The notes: a model not told the origin generated them from the sequence alone. Positions 25,032 through 39,600 are shown, counted from the stretch's first letter. The stretch is 64,000 nt of DNA from Amoebophrya sp. A120 (GCA_905178155.1 CAJINV010000008.1:3336013-3400012); one strand, 5' to 3'. A program made the numbers and translations.

Positions 25032-26975
25032 TCAATCATCCCACCGCCGCAACATCCTTTGGCGCTTCGGTCGTTTCTGGAGCTGTTCTTCTTCCGGCGT
25101 CGCGGTGGCCCCGACTTCCTGCTCCACGGTCCTCGCACTGTTGTATCCAGTCACAACTTGTTCCTGCAGAAACGACAGCGCGGAAGCCAGGTAGGACTTG
25201 TTCTCCGCGTTCTGTTCTGCGCCGTTTGACGCTTGCGGTGGTCGGGCCTCACTTCCTTCTTCCGTGAATGAGGTCGACGTGGATGCTGCTCTCTTGCCTC
25301 CACCGCCGGTCGTCGACAAAACTGCACCAGCTCGTGCAGCATCAGCAGGCGCTTCTTGTTCTTTCCCTAGAGCGGCCCCGGAAACTACCACACCTCTTTC
25401 AGAGGACAATGCCGCGCCTGCTGCGGAGTGCTGCGCGTCGTCCACAGGCGGAGTGGAGGCAGCTGGTGGTGGTGGTGGTGGTGGCGCTGCGCTATGACCA
25501 TCGCGCATAGAGGCGGTTCCCGCTTTTTCTCCACCAGCAGCAGGAACAGCCGCTGCTGTCGTGCGGTCACGACCATCCATTTTCGTACTTGAGTCGCCCT
25601 TCACCTCAACCGCCGACGCAGTGGCTATCGTCTTGAAAAGTGCCCCGGCCCCAGATAGTGTCGTCCATGTCGAATCTCATTTGCATAATTTGCATCCGTG
25701 TATCTATCAGCATGTCAAATTTTCGGGCCAGACTTTATTATACCAAGAATCTGCACTGTACAGCACCGCATTGCACACGAGATCTGTCGCGTTATGTTCA
25801 AAAACTGAGTCACATTGTGCAACAAAATAGGTCGTATTCCTATGTATTCGTATTTCTGCGATACAAAAAGCTTTCATGTGGAACGTTTGCGACGCAAACT
25901 CTTCGGTCTTCTGGAAGAGGGGCACTTGTTTTCACTTTGATAGCGGCTTCCTCTCCTCCGCCGCTGAACGCCTCGCTGTTTTGGGCCGCGTTTTTCGCTT
26001 GGAGCTGGTACACGTTGCCACTGGTTTCCGCCTGGTGGACAGCGTCTGTTGAAACAATGCGAGAAAATGAAAATGAAAACATGATCCATCCTCAAATGCA
26101 GCCGCGCTGCTTTCCTATTCCTCAGTTGATATAATTCGTCGTCCTGCATTAAGTAACAGCATGAAGATCTTTTTCTTTATGCATGTAGTGAATCAGGAGC
26201 AACCGTGATAGGTGACACTGGTAGTGCCTGCGTCTCCTTTTAAATTGCAACTATGCGGGTTGTCCGCGGTAAAAAAACCACCACGAGCACGATGTTCTCA
26301 CGTGGTGCAATCCCATTCATTCGTGGTGGACTACACAAAATCGACTTCCCGCATACTTGCCATTCGAATTTGAAAAAAACAATTATGCAAAATTCAATTA
26401 TTACCGGACCCCGCTCGCGCTGGGTTCGCATTGTACTTTTTCAGCACCGCGTCGTGTACGAGCTCCGCCCACTGGTCCACGGCCTCATGCAGCGGGGAAT
26501 TCTCCGGAAGCTCCTTCCCCAAGGCCTGCAGTAGGTTTTTCCTATCAAATGCAAAAGTGTCTGGGTCTGGAATGTGATGCTAACTCTGGCCTCTAAAAAA
26601 ATCTGTATTGCATGATCAGCAAGAGGAGTCTAGTTTGTGCTACGCGCGGAGGGCATTTGTCATGCGGATTAGGCATCAGGAAGCCCTCTAAAAATCTGTC
26701 ATGCTAGGTCATGCATTACAGACATCCTGGGTCATGCAAAATATGCATGACAAACCCGGCAACATTCCAGACCCAGACATTTTTGCATTCGATATTTCCG
26801 GACCGATTCCAATTCTTTCATGTCCTCCACGTACATGGATACCGCGTGGGCCAGCTCCGCGCCCTTCTGCTGCAGCACCAGCGCGGTGGCCTCTTTCAGC
26901 GAGTCCTTAATTTCCCCATCCACACTGTGGCCCAGCAGCGTTCTATCCGGTGGAAAAATGAAAATCCCTCCTAGG
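25032..26975 (-). CDS. Multi-exon hypothetical protein; 5' end uncertain
   Basis: KELESVRK|NLLQALGKEL across 26543-26794 and GGEEAA|ASAVEVKGD across 25626-25942. Confidence 0.55.
25626..25942. mobile_element. Family-D-like TIR intron element (decayed)
   Basis: TATCGTCTTGAAAAGTGCCCC...GGGGCACTTGTTTTCACTTTGATA; DR GTGGC/GCGGC; frame restored. Confidence 0.78.
26543..26794. mobile_element. Family-A TIR intron element (252 bp)
   Basis: TATCAAATGCAAAAGTGTCTGGGTCTGGAA...TTCCAGACCCAGACATTTTTGCATTCGATA; perfect DR TTTCC; very similar to 5911-6172. Confidence 0.93.
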
Positions 26976-28205
26976 CCTACGCACCATAAGTACAACCTCA
27001 AAAAAAAATCATAGTGCCCGAGTTGAGTGGCTCTGTTCTTGTAGTGCACCAGTCCACCGAGTTGCATGATTGCAAGAAGGCAAAGCTACCAGCGAAGAAG
27101 CGGGACAATACTTGTCGTAGATTGCGTGGGCATCAATTTTTCCTGTTCTCTACTTTCGGCATGGTGCGTCACACGACCTAGTAGAGAACCACTGCAAGAA
27201 ATCTATTCCGTTTCGAAATCTCCCTTCTAAGCTTCACCATATGTTAATGTTCTTCGCAAGTTGATTTGTGGTGACGAATCATGCAAAACATCAAGCGCCT
27301 ATTGTTCACGGTACAGACACGTGTCGGGGGAGTAGGGTTTTCCTGTTTGATACATATCCCGAATGTCGGAGAGCTGGGCGTCGGAAGCCGCGAACAAGTT
27401 GTCTTTCCACTCCTGGCCGCGGCTGCATAGTGGGAACGTCGCTGCTACGACACAAGCGACCACGAAGCTGCAACTGCTACGAAGGCGATGCATCGTGCGA
27501 TCTCTCCTGGGTTGGGGGCCTCTAGATGGACCGAATGTAAAATTATTGTGGTGTTAAATTATTCCCGAGGGCAACTACTACCTGTTGCGAAAGAGCATCA
27601 CTTTCACTAGGTTCGAAGAAATGATGAAGTGCACCGCCAAACTACTACCACTCACGAGCTTCAAGACAGAAGATAGCAACGATGCCGTCAGTTTTACTGT
27701 GTCGAAAAAGTTCTAGCTGCCGAGACTCGCAAGAATGAAGGGGTCTTTCTGCTAGTAAAACAGACAATGGTAGGTAGTGCGGAACTCCTGAACTGCATTG
27801 CCATTAACGTCATCAAATCTCTCTCGTTCCACTTCCTCTGTCGAAGCCTGAGCGGTCAGATCATCGATGAAGATTGCGCGAGCCTTCCCATCAACCATGC
27901 CCTGTTCATCACGCACACGCGATTGAAAGTGCTATCTACTATATTCCGCATCTCTGCTCGAAGATTTCACGCTCTCGAAGATACGAATAACAGAAACGCG
28001 CCACAGTCTGCTTCTTTCTGACGATGACCTCCCCACACGACGACGCGTGCTGTTTGTCATGCAGTCATTGGAACAAAAATACTACAGAAACTACGACAGG
28101 AACGGCAATCTTCTGACAAAGTGAAAATAACGAACAAGAGGACCACATTCACGGCCTGTGTATCTGTCTGACGTAGGTACTTGTACTTCCTCTCTCTCTC
28201 TCTCT

Positions 28206-30197
28206 TTATAGAACCTTCCAATCGATAATGCAACTGGTCGCGTCGTACAGATTTTTCATTTCACAGTGTACCAAGGGGAACGTGAATCGTGGGGCTTTTT
28301 GAACGTCGTCGGAACCGGACAAGGAGGCCGAACGTTCTTCGCACTCGGTGCGGATCGGCAACGGAATGTCATGGACAAGTGTGTGCACGAATTCGAAATT
28401 CCCCTGCTCCGCGAAGTACGCCCGTGCCGGTGCGGCGGGCGCGTGACAGATTCCAAATTGGTCGACGAGCAGAATCAATACTGGCGCCTCGGGCTGGTCA
28501 AGTCGTCTCGTGGTTGTACAAGTGAACTTGTGGTGCGCCGCAAGAACGTCGTTATTTTCTACTACGCTCTTGTTTTCATCCCCGGCGACCGATGCCAGCT
28601 GAAGGTCCTCCTGTTCCTTCTCCAAAAAAACTAGTACCTTCGACACCGCGTCTACGTCTATCCCATTCCAAAATGTCGCGCAGTAGTTCACCCCAATAGA
28701 TTATTTGTCATACACAACATTGCATCAGCGAGCAAGAGTCACAAAAACGGCGTAAAACTTCATCGTCGAATTCCGCCCAACGAGAAGGTTTCCTAGAAGT
28801 CGTTCTCATCATCGTACTTGCATATGGTATTGCGAGAGCAGTTCAGTTCAACTGGTTCCAATCGGAAAGTTGAGAAAATGAATTAGTGATGCAAGTTTGA
28901 CATTGACCAAGCAGAGACCACCTTACACTGCGTGAGCGTGTCCAGAGTTGTCACCTCGGAACAAGATCCTAAGCAAACCTTCTAGAAAGATCTGTCTTGC
29001 ACGAGAAGCCAAATAGTGATCTTGACTACGGGTTCTCCTGCACGACGTTCTTTTCACACCGGGCATACCACTTCCGGGGTATTCGATGCTCTGCGTTTGT
29101 GCGGCGAGGAAGGTTTTCCGCCTGCTCAAGGTCATCGCTCCTGCGACCAAAAAGAGCGGGTGGTAATGCGGCTTTCCCTGGCGCTGCGCCGCGATCTCGC
29201 GATGCTTCTCACGGATGCGTTCGTAGAGGGCACGAAAGCTCTCGGCGTGGGGGAGGGGAGAGGTGCGTGCTCGTGCTTGATCCGGCGACAGAACATCCAT
29301 ATCTAGCTCCGCATTGTTGCTCTCCCGCTGGACGACCGGCTCGCAACACTTGCTGACCTCCCCCCCGAAGGCTTCGCAGTCGTCCCGCTTCTGGCCGATG
29401 AAACAGCACCGGAACCGCCACAGGTCCTGCATAAAACAAACCGTGTGCCGCCAGGAAGTGTTCGTTCTAGTACAGCTTGTCGTGTGGTCATCTACAACCC
29501 GAACATTGTCTGGATCTGCATCAGCGTCAAGCACTGCGGAATCACAAGAACTCGCCCCATTTTTACTAACCTCCCCTTTTGAGGCCACGAGGTAGATGGG
29601 AACCCTTTTCTCGTAAATGCCAAAATGCTCCGCCATGAACTCGCGGCACATCGCCCCCGGGGCGATGAAGTCGGGGCTGTCGGTCAGGATTACCAACTGC
29701 TGCACATCCGCGTCTTGGTCCACGGTTCGCAAATGCGTGAGAGCGACCCGCTCCGCACAGACCCCGGAGCACAGCCCGGTGGATTCCATGTTGGCCCCGA
29801 CGGCAATTTGTGCCGTACTATCGAAGCATCGGGAATCGGGCTCCAGAGAACCGGCGGCAGTCTCTTGCACCGAGTCCCCGTCCCCCGCAGAACGTGCTCC
29901 TTTGGACGGAAAATACCGGACCAAGCAAACCACACGAAACTGCGACCCCTCGGGTTTGCGCAACCGGTTCTTCTCCCACTCCGCCCGGTGTATCAACGCA
30001 AGAAGCTCGTCGTTATCGAGGAGGAGGCGGTTTTTTCCGTCCATGTTTCTGCGTTCTTCGGTACTGCTAGTACCATAGGCTTTCTTGCACTGCAAGCTTG
30101 TTTCGGTATCGACTACCTCGGCTGTAGCTGCAGCGCTGCCAGGTTGCACTTCTCTTAGCAAGTGCTCCGCCATCTTTTGCCGCTTGCAGTTGGTCAT
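28206..30197 (-). CDS. Cytidine deaminase-like protein (two-domain type)
   Basis: GANME...CAERVAL and APGAMCREF motifs. The second half (IEYPGS..DAVSK...LLVDQFGICHAP) lies in ORF 28206..28691. Confidence 0.75.
28659..29067. mobile_element. Decayed TIR intron element flanked by G on both sides of the sense strand (GT...AG possible)
   Basis: TATCCCATTCCAAAATGTCGCGCAG versus rc TATGCCCGGTGTGAAAAGAACGTCGTGCAG. Removing either +5 or +2 nt joins the deaminase ORFs. Confidence 0.6.
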
Positions 30198-30781
30198 AGT
30201 TTCTTGCTTCTGTAGTGGTAGCGAGCGGCGAAGGGAAATGCTTCTGCAGTCAAGTGCCGGAAGATGTTTGACCGTGCAAATCAAGAAGCGCCACAACTGT
30301 CAAGAATGCGAAGACGATTTGGCAATAAAAAGAGATTTCTATATGCAGCGAAAACCTGAACCAAGGCACAGAACGATCAAGATCGAGATACTTGAATGCA
30401 AGAATAATCAAAAACAAGTTTCCCTACGCGCGACGTTTGCCTCATCTTACCACTGAACAGGAACTGCAACCATCTGAAAGCGCATCATGATCTCAGAGGA
30501 TAGATCCATCATATTGGACATCCGCAAACACAAAAAAGAAAATGAAAAACTGCTCCGTTCTTCTTCCGAGCGAACACTTTTGTGTGTCACAAAAAGATAT
30601 CACACTCCGTCGGCAGTTTTTTCACAAGATAACTCGGCTATGAAACCGTTTTGTAAAAAGCAGTCTCGAGGCAGGTCGTGCGGGCGAGACGAGTGAATTT
30701 ACTGTATGATAAACATGTTTTCATCTCCTAATTTCGCCAAGTCATTTGAAGGGACCTTTTCTGTGAACAAGCTGCTGCAGC

Positions 30782-33675
30782 TCACATCATCCTGTAGTAG
30801 CCGCCGTTGGAGAAGGAGACTTTCCCGTCGGCCTTCTTCCACGTGTCGCAGTAGAGGAAGGAGGGCACCACCCGGAGGTCCAGGGATACGCGGGAAAATT
30901 CCGTCTCGTTCAGCTTGGTGAAGTGCAGGTTTTGGTTTCCGTAAAACTGCACCACCTCGCCGTACCCGCAGCAAAACGGCGCGAAATCCTTCCGGCCCGG
31001 CTGCGACTCCGCGAACAGGCTGTTGGACGCGAACACCCGGTGGCTCACGGGCCACCAGAAGTTGATTTCCCCGGGTTGGTGGTAGTAATCCGCGTCCGTG
31101 TGCGGAATCCCCAGCGGCTTCACGTCCTTCACGTGCGCCCGCAGGGAGGGTTCGTACTGGTAAAAAACTTTGAAGTCCTCCAAAAGCTGCGCGATCATCT
31201 GCTCCTGCTGCTCCGATGCTGCAGTTGTGCTTCTTTCCCGGGCTGCGGCTGAAATAACCGGTGCGGTTTCCGGAGCGCAACTGGAGTCATGATCCCCCTC
31301 TAGTTGTACCATCATTGCCTCCTCGTTCCTTGTTCCGCGGCCTCCTCGTTCCCACGACCCGCATTCCGGCTTTCGGTTCTGGGCCAGACAGTCCAGCAAA
31401 TACTCCCTGTACTGCTCTTTCAACCGCGGCTTGATCACTTCCCGCATGAACTTCTCGAACAAAGCATCTATCCGCTTGCGAAATGTCGGTTCCTTCAGTG
31501 CGTACATCCAGCCCCGACGGAAGGGATCGTGCCCCGACCGCGGCGGAAACTTCGCCATGTTCTTCCCCTGTGCGGTGAGGTGAATCAGCGAGAGCTGAAA
31601 GTCGGGCCGCTGCTGCATGCTCTCCGCAAAAGTTTGCCTGCGCTGGTCGAGGTCAATGCGGTGCAAGTCTTCCTCGCGGTGGTCGTGATCCTGGTCCCCT
31701 GCCCCAGTTCTTGCTACAATTGTACTACAACTGCTGCCCCTCATCTCGACATCGTCGGCCAGGTCGTCCAGAACAAGCGACCCAGTCAACAGCGGGCCCT
31801 CACCTCTGCTGCGCGAAGAACTGCTGCGGTTGATGCAGCTGCTCTCCGTAGAGGTAGACTGCAGTGCAGCTGTCCGAGGACAAGCCCCGCAGCTGCGATC
31901 TTCCGACACAGGTGACGATCCCGTGGACCACGGAGTAGAAACCTCCGACCTCGATGAAACTTGGCCGCCTGTTGTCGTCTTCGCACTACAAACTTCAGTC
32001 GACGAGTCGCTGTTACTGTTTTTTATCGGCGTGCTACTTTCCACCGCCGCATGTACAAGATGTTTCTGTTCTTGAGCTTGTTGATCATTCCCACTTAATA
32101 TCAGACTTACGGGGGAAGTCGACCCGAGCACTTGTCCTGGCAGCAGACTAGTAGCTCCAGCGGTATGATGAAAATAATCCTCAACGCCATCGTCCTGGGG
32201 ACGAGATGCTGTTTTTGATGACGTAGCGGAGCTGCAGCTTTGGTCGCGCCGTCCTTCTGGAGTTATGGAGGCTGAAGTTGTAGTTGTACCACTAGAGTAG
32301 AATGATTTTTCACAGCAACCCGACCGATCGTTCCGGTTACTCTCCGCCCGCCGATTGTAGCAGTGCACGGAAGTTCGTCGATTTACGGCACTCGGCAGCA
32401 CGCCATGCTGCTGCTGCTCAGACGCGGAGGTAAAACTTTTATTTCCCGTGATACTTGTCTCATAACCTTGGGTAGGTGCAGCAGCTGCTCCGCGATCGCG
32501 TTCTTCTTGTTTCACTGAAAATAAGCCGCAGCTGCTCGACTCTCCGGCAGGAGCCACAGCACCGCGATGGTGCGGCCCCTCATGATGCACACGAGGACCA
32601 CTCAAAGTAGGGGATGAAGATGATGAAGATGAACACGACGACGACCTTGTTACAGCCAAATCTTCAGCGGCTTGTAGGCAGGAGGTAGCTCTTTTGCAAT
32701 TATTTTCCCGCCCTATCGGGGAGGTGGTCGGTCTAGAAATTACAGCTGCGCCGTCTTCATTCATACTGATCTTCTCCTCTGCTGCCGACGTAATTCCATT
32801 TGAGCTGCTGGTTCTTTTGGTCGTTCTTCTGTTCGCTTCCTCCTGAAGATCATAGTACTCTTCCACAATCTCTCTGCGATCCGGGCCCCAGGAGCTCACG
32901 TGCTTCTCGAAAACGTCGCTCACCAGGTCGGCAAACGGAAACTCGGCGGCATCGAAGGAGAACAGGCTGGTGGCACTGAAAATGGTGTTTTTGATATCCA
33001 CCACGTGCTCCGGGTTATATTTTTGTAGGTCGAACGCCTTTATGGATTGTAAAAATGTCTGGGTCTGGAAGGATGCGAGCTTGTGATGCGCATTTCACAA
33101 CACAGACAAATCTCTCATGCATAGGCAGCAAAGGGTGCCCATTTCCTGTCACCAAAATGGGGGATTTGTCATGCGGAATAAGCAATGCGGAAGCTTGTCG
33201 AAATCTGTGATGCTAGGGCTTCCATGACAGACATTTTGTGTCATGCAAAAACAGCATGACAAAAATCTGCATTCTTCCAGACCCAGACATTCTTACATTT
33301 GATAGCCTTCCGCCGACACTCGATGTTGGGCACGGGGATCGCACAATCATAGTAGTCAAACGCCGGCTGCGTCTTGGGCAGGGCTTCGATCAGATCCGAC
33401 AACGTGGCTGCCGTGTCGCTGCTCGGAAGGCGGACCATACTTGTCCTGTTGTTCTCGTCGTAGTTTACTGTCCTGGCGCTGATGTCATCTTGTCTAGTCG
33501 TACTAATATTATCGTCAGAGCCCCCGCAATCAATCGTCGTCGTAGCAGCTATTTTCAGTATTCCGTGCTCTTCGAGGGACGCCGCCAAAACCCTCCTGTC
33601 CTTGGCCTTCATCATTTTTTTCTTGTCGCGCATGCTTTGTTTTTTCGTCTGCCGCTTGCTAGTCGTGGAGGACAT
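30782..33675 (-). CDS. StrG-like / 2OG-Fe(II) oxygenase-fold protein with a long low-complexity insert
   Basis: C-terminal YQYEPSLRAH...HTDADYYHQPGEINFW...SNSLFAES...H...SRVSLDLR (HxD...H). ORF 33241..33675 joins 30782..33004 across 33041-33304. Family assignment is from memory of the motif. Confidence 0.7.
33041..33304. mobile_element. Family-A TIR intron element (264 bp)
   Basis: TATGGATTGTAAAAATGTCTGGGTCTGGAAG...CTTCCAGACCCAGACATTCTTACATTTGATA; perfect DR GCCTT; gives CRRKA|FDLQKYN. Confidence 0.92.
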
Positions 33676-36610
33676 TTCACGTACTTACAACGTAGCGGGG
33701 TGGTCGCAAAAATGGAAATAACCAAAGGGAAGGACATAAACTACTACACCCAGCGTACTAACAAGGGATCTTCCTACGAGCGAAAAAGTTTGTTTGTTCG
33801 CGTACATCAGCCACCAGTAGTACTTTTTACCAATCGGTGACAGACAGATCAAGGTCGTTTCTAGAGCTGTCGTCGTACCATCTTCTCGAGGATTTTTACG
33901 ATTTGTGTCCTTTTTCCAGCAACACAAACGACACTTGCGAATAAGTAACTCGGAAAAATGATCCTGCAGCTGCTGAATTTCCAACAAATTCTTCGATACA
34001 AAACCAGGAAACTCTGAAGGAAACGCGCCAGACATGGCCGCGGGCCTATCAAAAACGTAACGCTTTCTACAACGCGGAATGACAGCTCAAAAATCCGGAG
34101 AAGTCACGAACCAGCTACGCGCCGCGGCATTCTTCCTGTCATTCACGATCTTGCATTCATTTCTCTTGTTCCGCGATCGAATTCAGTGAAAAGACTCTTC
34201 TTCAGAAGGGTTGCAGTAGTAAGTCTGAAATCAATTTCTTCATTCCATATCTTGCAGATCCTGCTGATTAACACCTTGTTGAGCCAGAAGAGATCCCTCG
34301 GCTCACCCGCATAGCATCGGATCTGAAGAGAACCTGCAACTGTTCACATCAGAGATCACCTATTCATAGAACTACGCATACACCAAAAAATCAAGTTTAC
34401 GATCGGACCAGAAATAATGTAAGCACACCGGGAGCAGCGACAAAATTATTGCCTGTCTCCTAGTCACGTACTCTTCGACACGACAGGACTAAACGCCTCC
34501 TATTTGGTCTTTCCTGACCTTTTTCCATTGTCCTAGCTCGAGGTCGAAGTCGGTTCAGATTCACGTCTTCTGTGGTTTTCGTTTCACAGACCAGGATTTT
34601 TTTTACACCGCCTAGACGGGACCCTTACGGGCGAATTCGCTTATACCCAGCGAGGGAGGAAACGGCTCCCGGGTACCCCAGAAACAGGATACCAAATAGG
34701 GGTACCAGCTATCTCTGCGTGTATACATGAAAGTCGTAGAAAAATTGAAAATAACAGAACTGCGTGAACCCTACTGAAGATCATGATCGAAGTGAGCGAA
34801 AAAAAAATGTTTCCGGGGATCTACAAATCTCACAAAAGTGCCAGGCAAAGTACCCAGCTCGCACATCGTACAATGAGGCGCCGGCACAATGCAGTGGAGG
34901 GTGCGGCTCCACGAATACAAATGATGGCAGAACAAGCGATCATAGCGTTTCCGAAAAAAGCGGCTCGGAGACAGCTATGGGAAATACATACGAAGGGCGG
35001 GATCACAGAGGATGCGGCTCTGCGAAAGCACACAAAAAAGTCATACCAACAGAACTCAACACAGCTATTTCTAAATCGAAATGTAAAGGAAGGGATGCTG
35101 AAAGCACGACACCAACATCACAACCAAATCATCCTCCTCGAACGCTGGCGCAGGTGGTCCAAAAACTTCGCGACCGGAGTGGGCGGGCAGCGCGGACAAT
35201 GCAGAAAGTGCGCGTCGTCTGGCGGCAAATGAATCTACACGAATAAGACCGAAACACATCCTACTGTCCGGACAGACAATCAATCCCAATATCTAAGACT
35301 AGCAGCCTGCTGCTGCAAAAAAAGAAACCCCACCAAGCCTGAAATTGATTGGGAAAAAAGACAAGCCGACGGGCTTCACCAATCGCCTCGGCAAACCTGC
35401 AGCGATGGATCACCAGCCGTCTTGAAAATTGATGTATGTGGCAGTGCGACGAGGTCCTAGCGCTAACATGATGATAAGAACGAAGATCCAACATACAAAG
35501 CAGCAGCGGGGAACGCGAGGTCCTCCCAAATTTATTGTTTTTTTCTTAACAGAAACACATGGACGAACCGGGACGGATGGTTGTCATTGGTCATACTGGT
35601 ATTCGTCTTTTGGTTCAACGCGACAAAGTAAATCTCGTCTACTTCATCGCGACTAGAAAATTTACTACCTGCCAACAGAAGCAAATCGAAAATTAATACA
35701 CAGGAATAAACAAGAAAAACAAGAACTTATATTGACACTGCTGCAGGTAAGATTGTTTTTATCCGACCACATATCTTGCCCCTACGAAGACTACCAAAAA
35801 AAGGCACTCGAATACTAGAAACACGAAATTCCGTAGAACATACTTGGCTACTGAAATCAACGCGCCAAACAGAAACCCTGGAAGTCATATTTTACTGATG
35901 GGTCGATCAGCCTTTCTATCGGTTTCTATCGGATACTCAGTTTGTCCGAGTATAAATCGAACTGACCTTACAGATAACAAGAACAATCACAGAGCAGAAA
36001 GTCACGCTCTCACAGCAAATGCGCAAAAGAAAAACAGCGAAACATCCTCCAAATACTTCCATTGCAAATCCTGACAAACGGAAAAGAAAACTGAAACAGA
36101 AGAATCTTGACGCGGCAAGGCAGCTTTATTTTTCTCTTTTGAACTCGATTCAAGAACCAATAAATATAGCAGCTACGAATGTCGACGATGTACCACTTCC
36201 CCTAAGTCAATACCGTTCTTGAACTTTTTCAAATATCCCCGTGCCCAATCTTCCGTTACTGCGGACGCTGAGGAAGAGACTACAGCAGCGCCAGCGCGCT
36301 GTAGGTCCTTCATAAACTACAGCAGAGCAGCGGCAAAACGACGTCCTACTTTTCGTTACACCCAGCGCCCGCTGTTCCCTTCCGCTTCAGCAAGTCAGAC
36401 ACGGCATCGATGTTCCACTCCACGTCGGGCGGCAGCAGCTCGTGCAAGTTATGCATGCGGAAAAACGCGAGTTAACAACCGTGTAGTACGTGCACAAATC
36501 ATAAACAGTCTGTAGTTTGTATTCGTGCAAAATAAAAATACCAAGAGCTGCGCACGTTGAACGTCACGTCGCAGTACGTTTCTTTGCACGTATACATGGT
36601 CAACGCAACA

Positions 36611-39600
36611 TCATCGTTTCTCTGGATATAAGTTTGGCGAAGACAAGTCGCGGTGCAGTTGCTTCGTCTTTGGTTTGTTCCGTCCGCCGGAAGATGTTGT
36701 ACTTGCACGCGGCCCGCCCCAGGTTGAAGAACCAGAATTGTCGTGTGATCGTTCCAGCTCCGGTGAGGAGCACGAAGTCACTTCCTTCCCTTTTTTCCCT
36801 GGGGGCGATGAAAAAGCACAAGCAGCCGCCGCCATCTGCTGGCTGCTCCTGTTGTAATTATTTTCTTCTCCTGGAGGTGAGGTTGCTGTTGCACCAGAGC
36901 AGGCAGCAGCCGCGGACGTTCGAGTTCGGGTTTTTGTACTGGTACAATTCATCCCATTGAGCACGTTACAAGCACCGGGGCCCACCACCCGCGGAAGCGT
37001 GACCGTCACCACTGGTGCTAGGATTAGGTTCTCGGAATCCATTACCGGATCAAGAACACTGCTCATCTTCGACCCTTGTTCCGCGTCAACACCCAGGCGG
37101 GGGCTCCCCTCCTGCACTCTTTCAACACGAGTTGAAGTAGAGGTCGGGGCAATTATGTGTACGAAGGGTGCAGCTGCTGTCGTGCTGCACACACTTGCTC
37201 CACCGCGCCAATCCGCCGAGCTGGAGTTGTCATGCGCACTGTCGACGGCCGACGTCGGAACAGTTGTCGATGCGTTATCTTCTTCCGAAGTACTGGTGGT
37301 CGGGGACATCAGCTTCATCTCCTGTGGTTGTGGAGATGATGAACTCTCAGGATTTATCACTTCTGGCACTGCGGTGGGACGATTCAGCTGCCCATGTTGA
37401 AGATCTGCCCCGCATCGCTCACGACGGCCGAAATTTCGGTTCCCAGAATTCAGTCCCGCCTTTTTGCCAGTGCGGATTTTTGCCAGGAAAGCCTTCGTTT
37501 GCGCACTGGCCTCAACGACTGTACTACAAGAAGCTTTGGCCGCACTCCTATTAATTGTTCCTGCCGCCGCGGAGGTTGTCCTATTACGAATTCCGCCGCG
37601 GAACGTAGAACTACCAGAGGTGCCGGCCGCCGTCGCTGTTGCAGTTTTTCCGACTGACGTTGCTGATGGCCGAGAAAAAGTACGAGACCCGCCACCAACG
37701 GTCGCACTGCGGCTTCGCGGCTTGAAAAAGCCGATACTAGCAGGGGTCGGTGCAATTCCCGTGACAACCGCAGACCGACGCGGCTGCTCCGGCTGCTGCT
37801 CCTGCAGAGTGGTAGAGGCTGCTGCCAGGCCGGCTTTCACCTTGCTATTGCTGAACAAGCTCGCACTTTTGGCGCAGTTCCGCGCCCGCGACGTGGTGCC
37901 AGCGCTGGTGGATGTGGTACAGCCTCCTCGCGATCTTTTTTCTTCTTGATGTGCCCCAACAAGAAGACCTTCCGGACCGCAGTCTACTTCACCAGCTGTC
38001 GCCTGCTTCGCGCCCGAGGCCGAAGCTGCTCTCGCGGATCGCGGTGGGAACGTTGAGGGCCCGCCGCCCCGGGTGACCGTTGTTTCTTCGGCGGCGATAT
38101 CACGGTGTTCATCTTCGTCCTGTTGTGACGATGCAACAATTGCAGTACCCGAAAAGCCGTTCGGCTGCGGCGACATCGACGGACTCGGAGCTCCTGAAAA
38201 GACATCACCGCCGGAGGAGGACCCTCTGTGCTTCATCTTCATCCCTGGATCATCTTGTCCCTCTGCTAGTGGATGAGCTCCAGCTGATGTTGGAGTTGGC
38301 GCTATACTAGAACGCTGATAAAGAGTCTGTGGCTGTCTGTCCGCACCATAATTTGATATTCCAGTTCTATCCCCGAACATCAGGATCCGCTGTGGCGAGC
38401 TAGCCGCCGTCGTTGGACAGGTGCTCGCGGGTCTTGTACCCGGGCCGCATCGTCCCGGAGGACCGCCTCGGCCGGCGGAGGAGGCCAACCGTACCACTGA
38501 CCGGTGCTGGCCCGACGTGCTCCGGCCGCTCTTCCCGGAGCTTGCTGTCAGCGTGCTGCTGCCCCTGTCACCTCCGAATGCAGCAGCGGAGGAACCCGAA
38601 GGGGGCGCGGCGGTCGGGGCCAACGGCACAGGAGAGAGGTCGGGTTTCTGCAGCATTATCTTTTGCTCCATTCCCTCCACTTTCTTCTTGTTCCTTACGT
38701 TCAACCGCTCGATCGCCTTGCTGAAGTCCGCATTCTGGTACCGAACCTGAAGTGCATAGAAGGTGATTTGTGTTTTTGATGCAAAAAATCTACGCAGCGC
38801 AACTTTTTTCTTCCGCGAGTGGTACTAGACTTTCTCTTCTCTGATCTGTCCCTGCGTCGAACTTCTGCATTCATTAAGTAACCCGCAAAAACGAACCCCG
38901 CGACTGTCCTAAACTGATGTGAGTGCAGCTCAATAATAAATTCTGCGCAGTGATGCAAGACAAGTAGAACAAAAACAAGCGCAGAAGTATACGCAGCTTT
39001 TTCTCCAGCCTTGAAACTCTACTTAGAGGCCGTGATATGTATCTGTATGATCCGACAGAAGTTACTCCCAATGATGTAGTAGTAAATATCAAGTTCTCCT
39101 AGTTGCAAGTACCACATCCGCATGCTCCCTTGCCTTTTCCACCGCCTCCCTGCCGCCCCCGAAGACCCCGTTGGTATGGATGCGTCAGGATTGAAATCGA
39201 CAAAGTTGAAATAACTTGCAATGCATAAAAGGGATGAAAGTTGTACCGCAGTTTCCAAGTGGCGCATGACAAATTTGAGTAGAGCCGAAATCCAGTTTGT
39301 AATGCTGTTTGGGTAAGGAAGACGCCCTTTGTCATGCCACTTCAGCAGCTCCATTTCTACCCCGCAACAGGCTTACAATCAGCCTCCCTTGCCTACTCTG
39401 CAAGACAGGCATTTTGTGGGTTGCATTTTACGCATGACAAACTATTTCAACTTTGACGATTTCGATCCTGACGCTTCCATAGTTGGCCTGAATCTCGTAC
39501 CACGCCCGGATCTTCCGGATCTCCTTCGCTATTACAATGAAAAATGCCCCCACCCCGGAACTTGGAAGCGTTTGTCTTGCAAACCTTTCCAAATAAAACA

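Noticed and set aside
25840-25940. RRM-like peptide RRVCVANVP
   Set aside because: It lies inside the TIR element 25626-25942.
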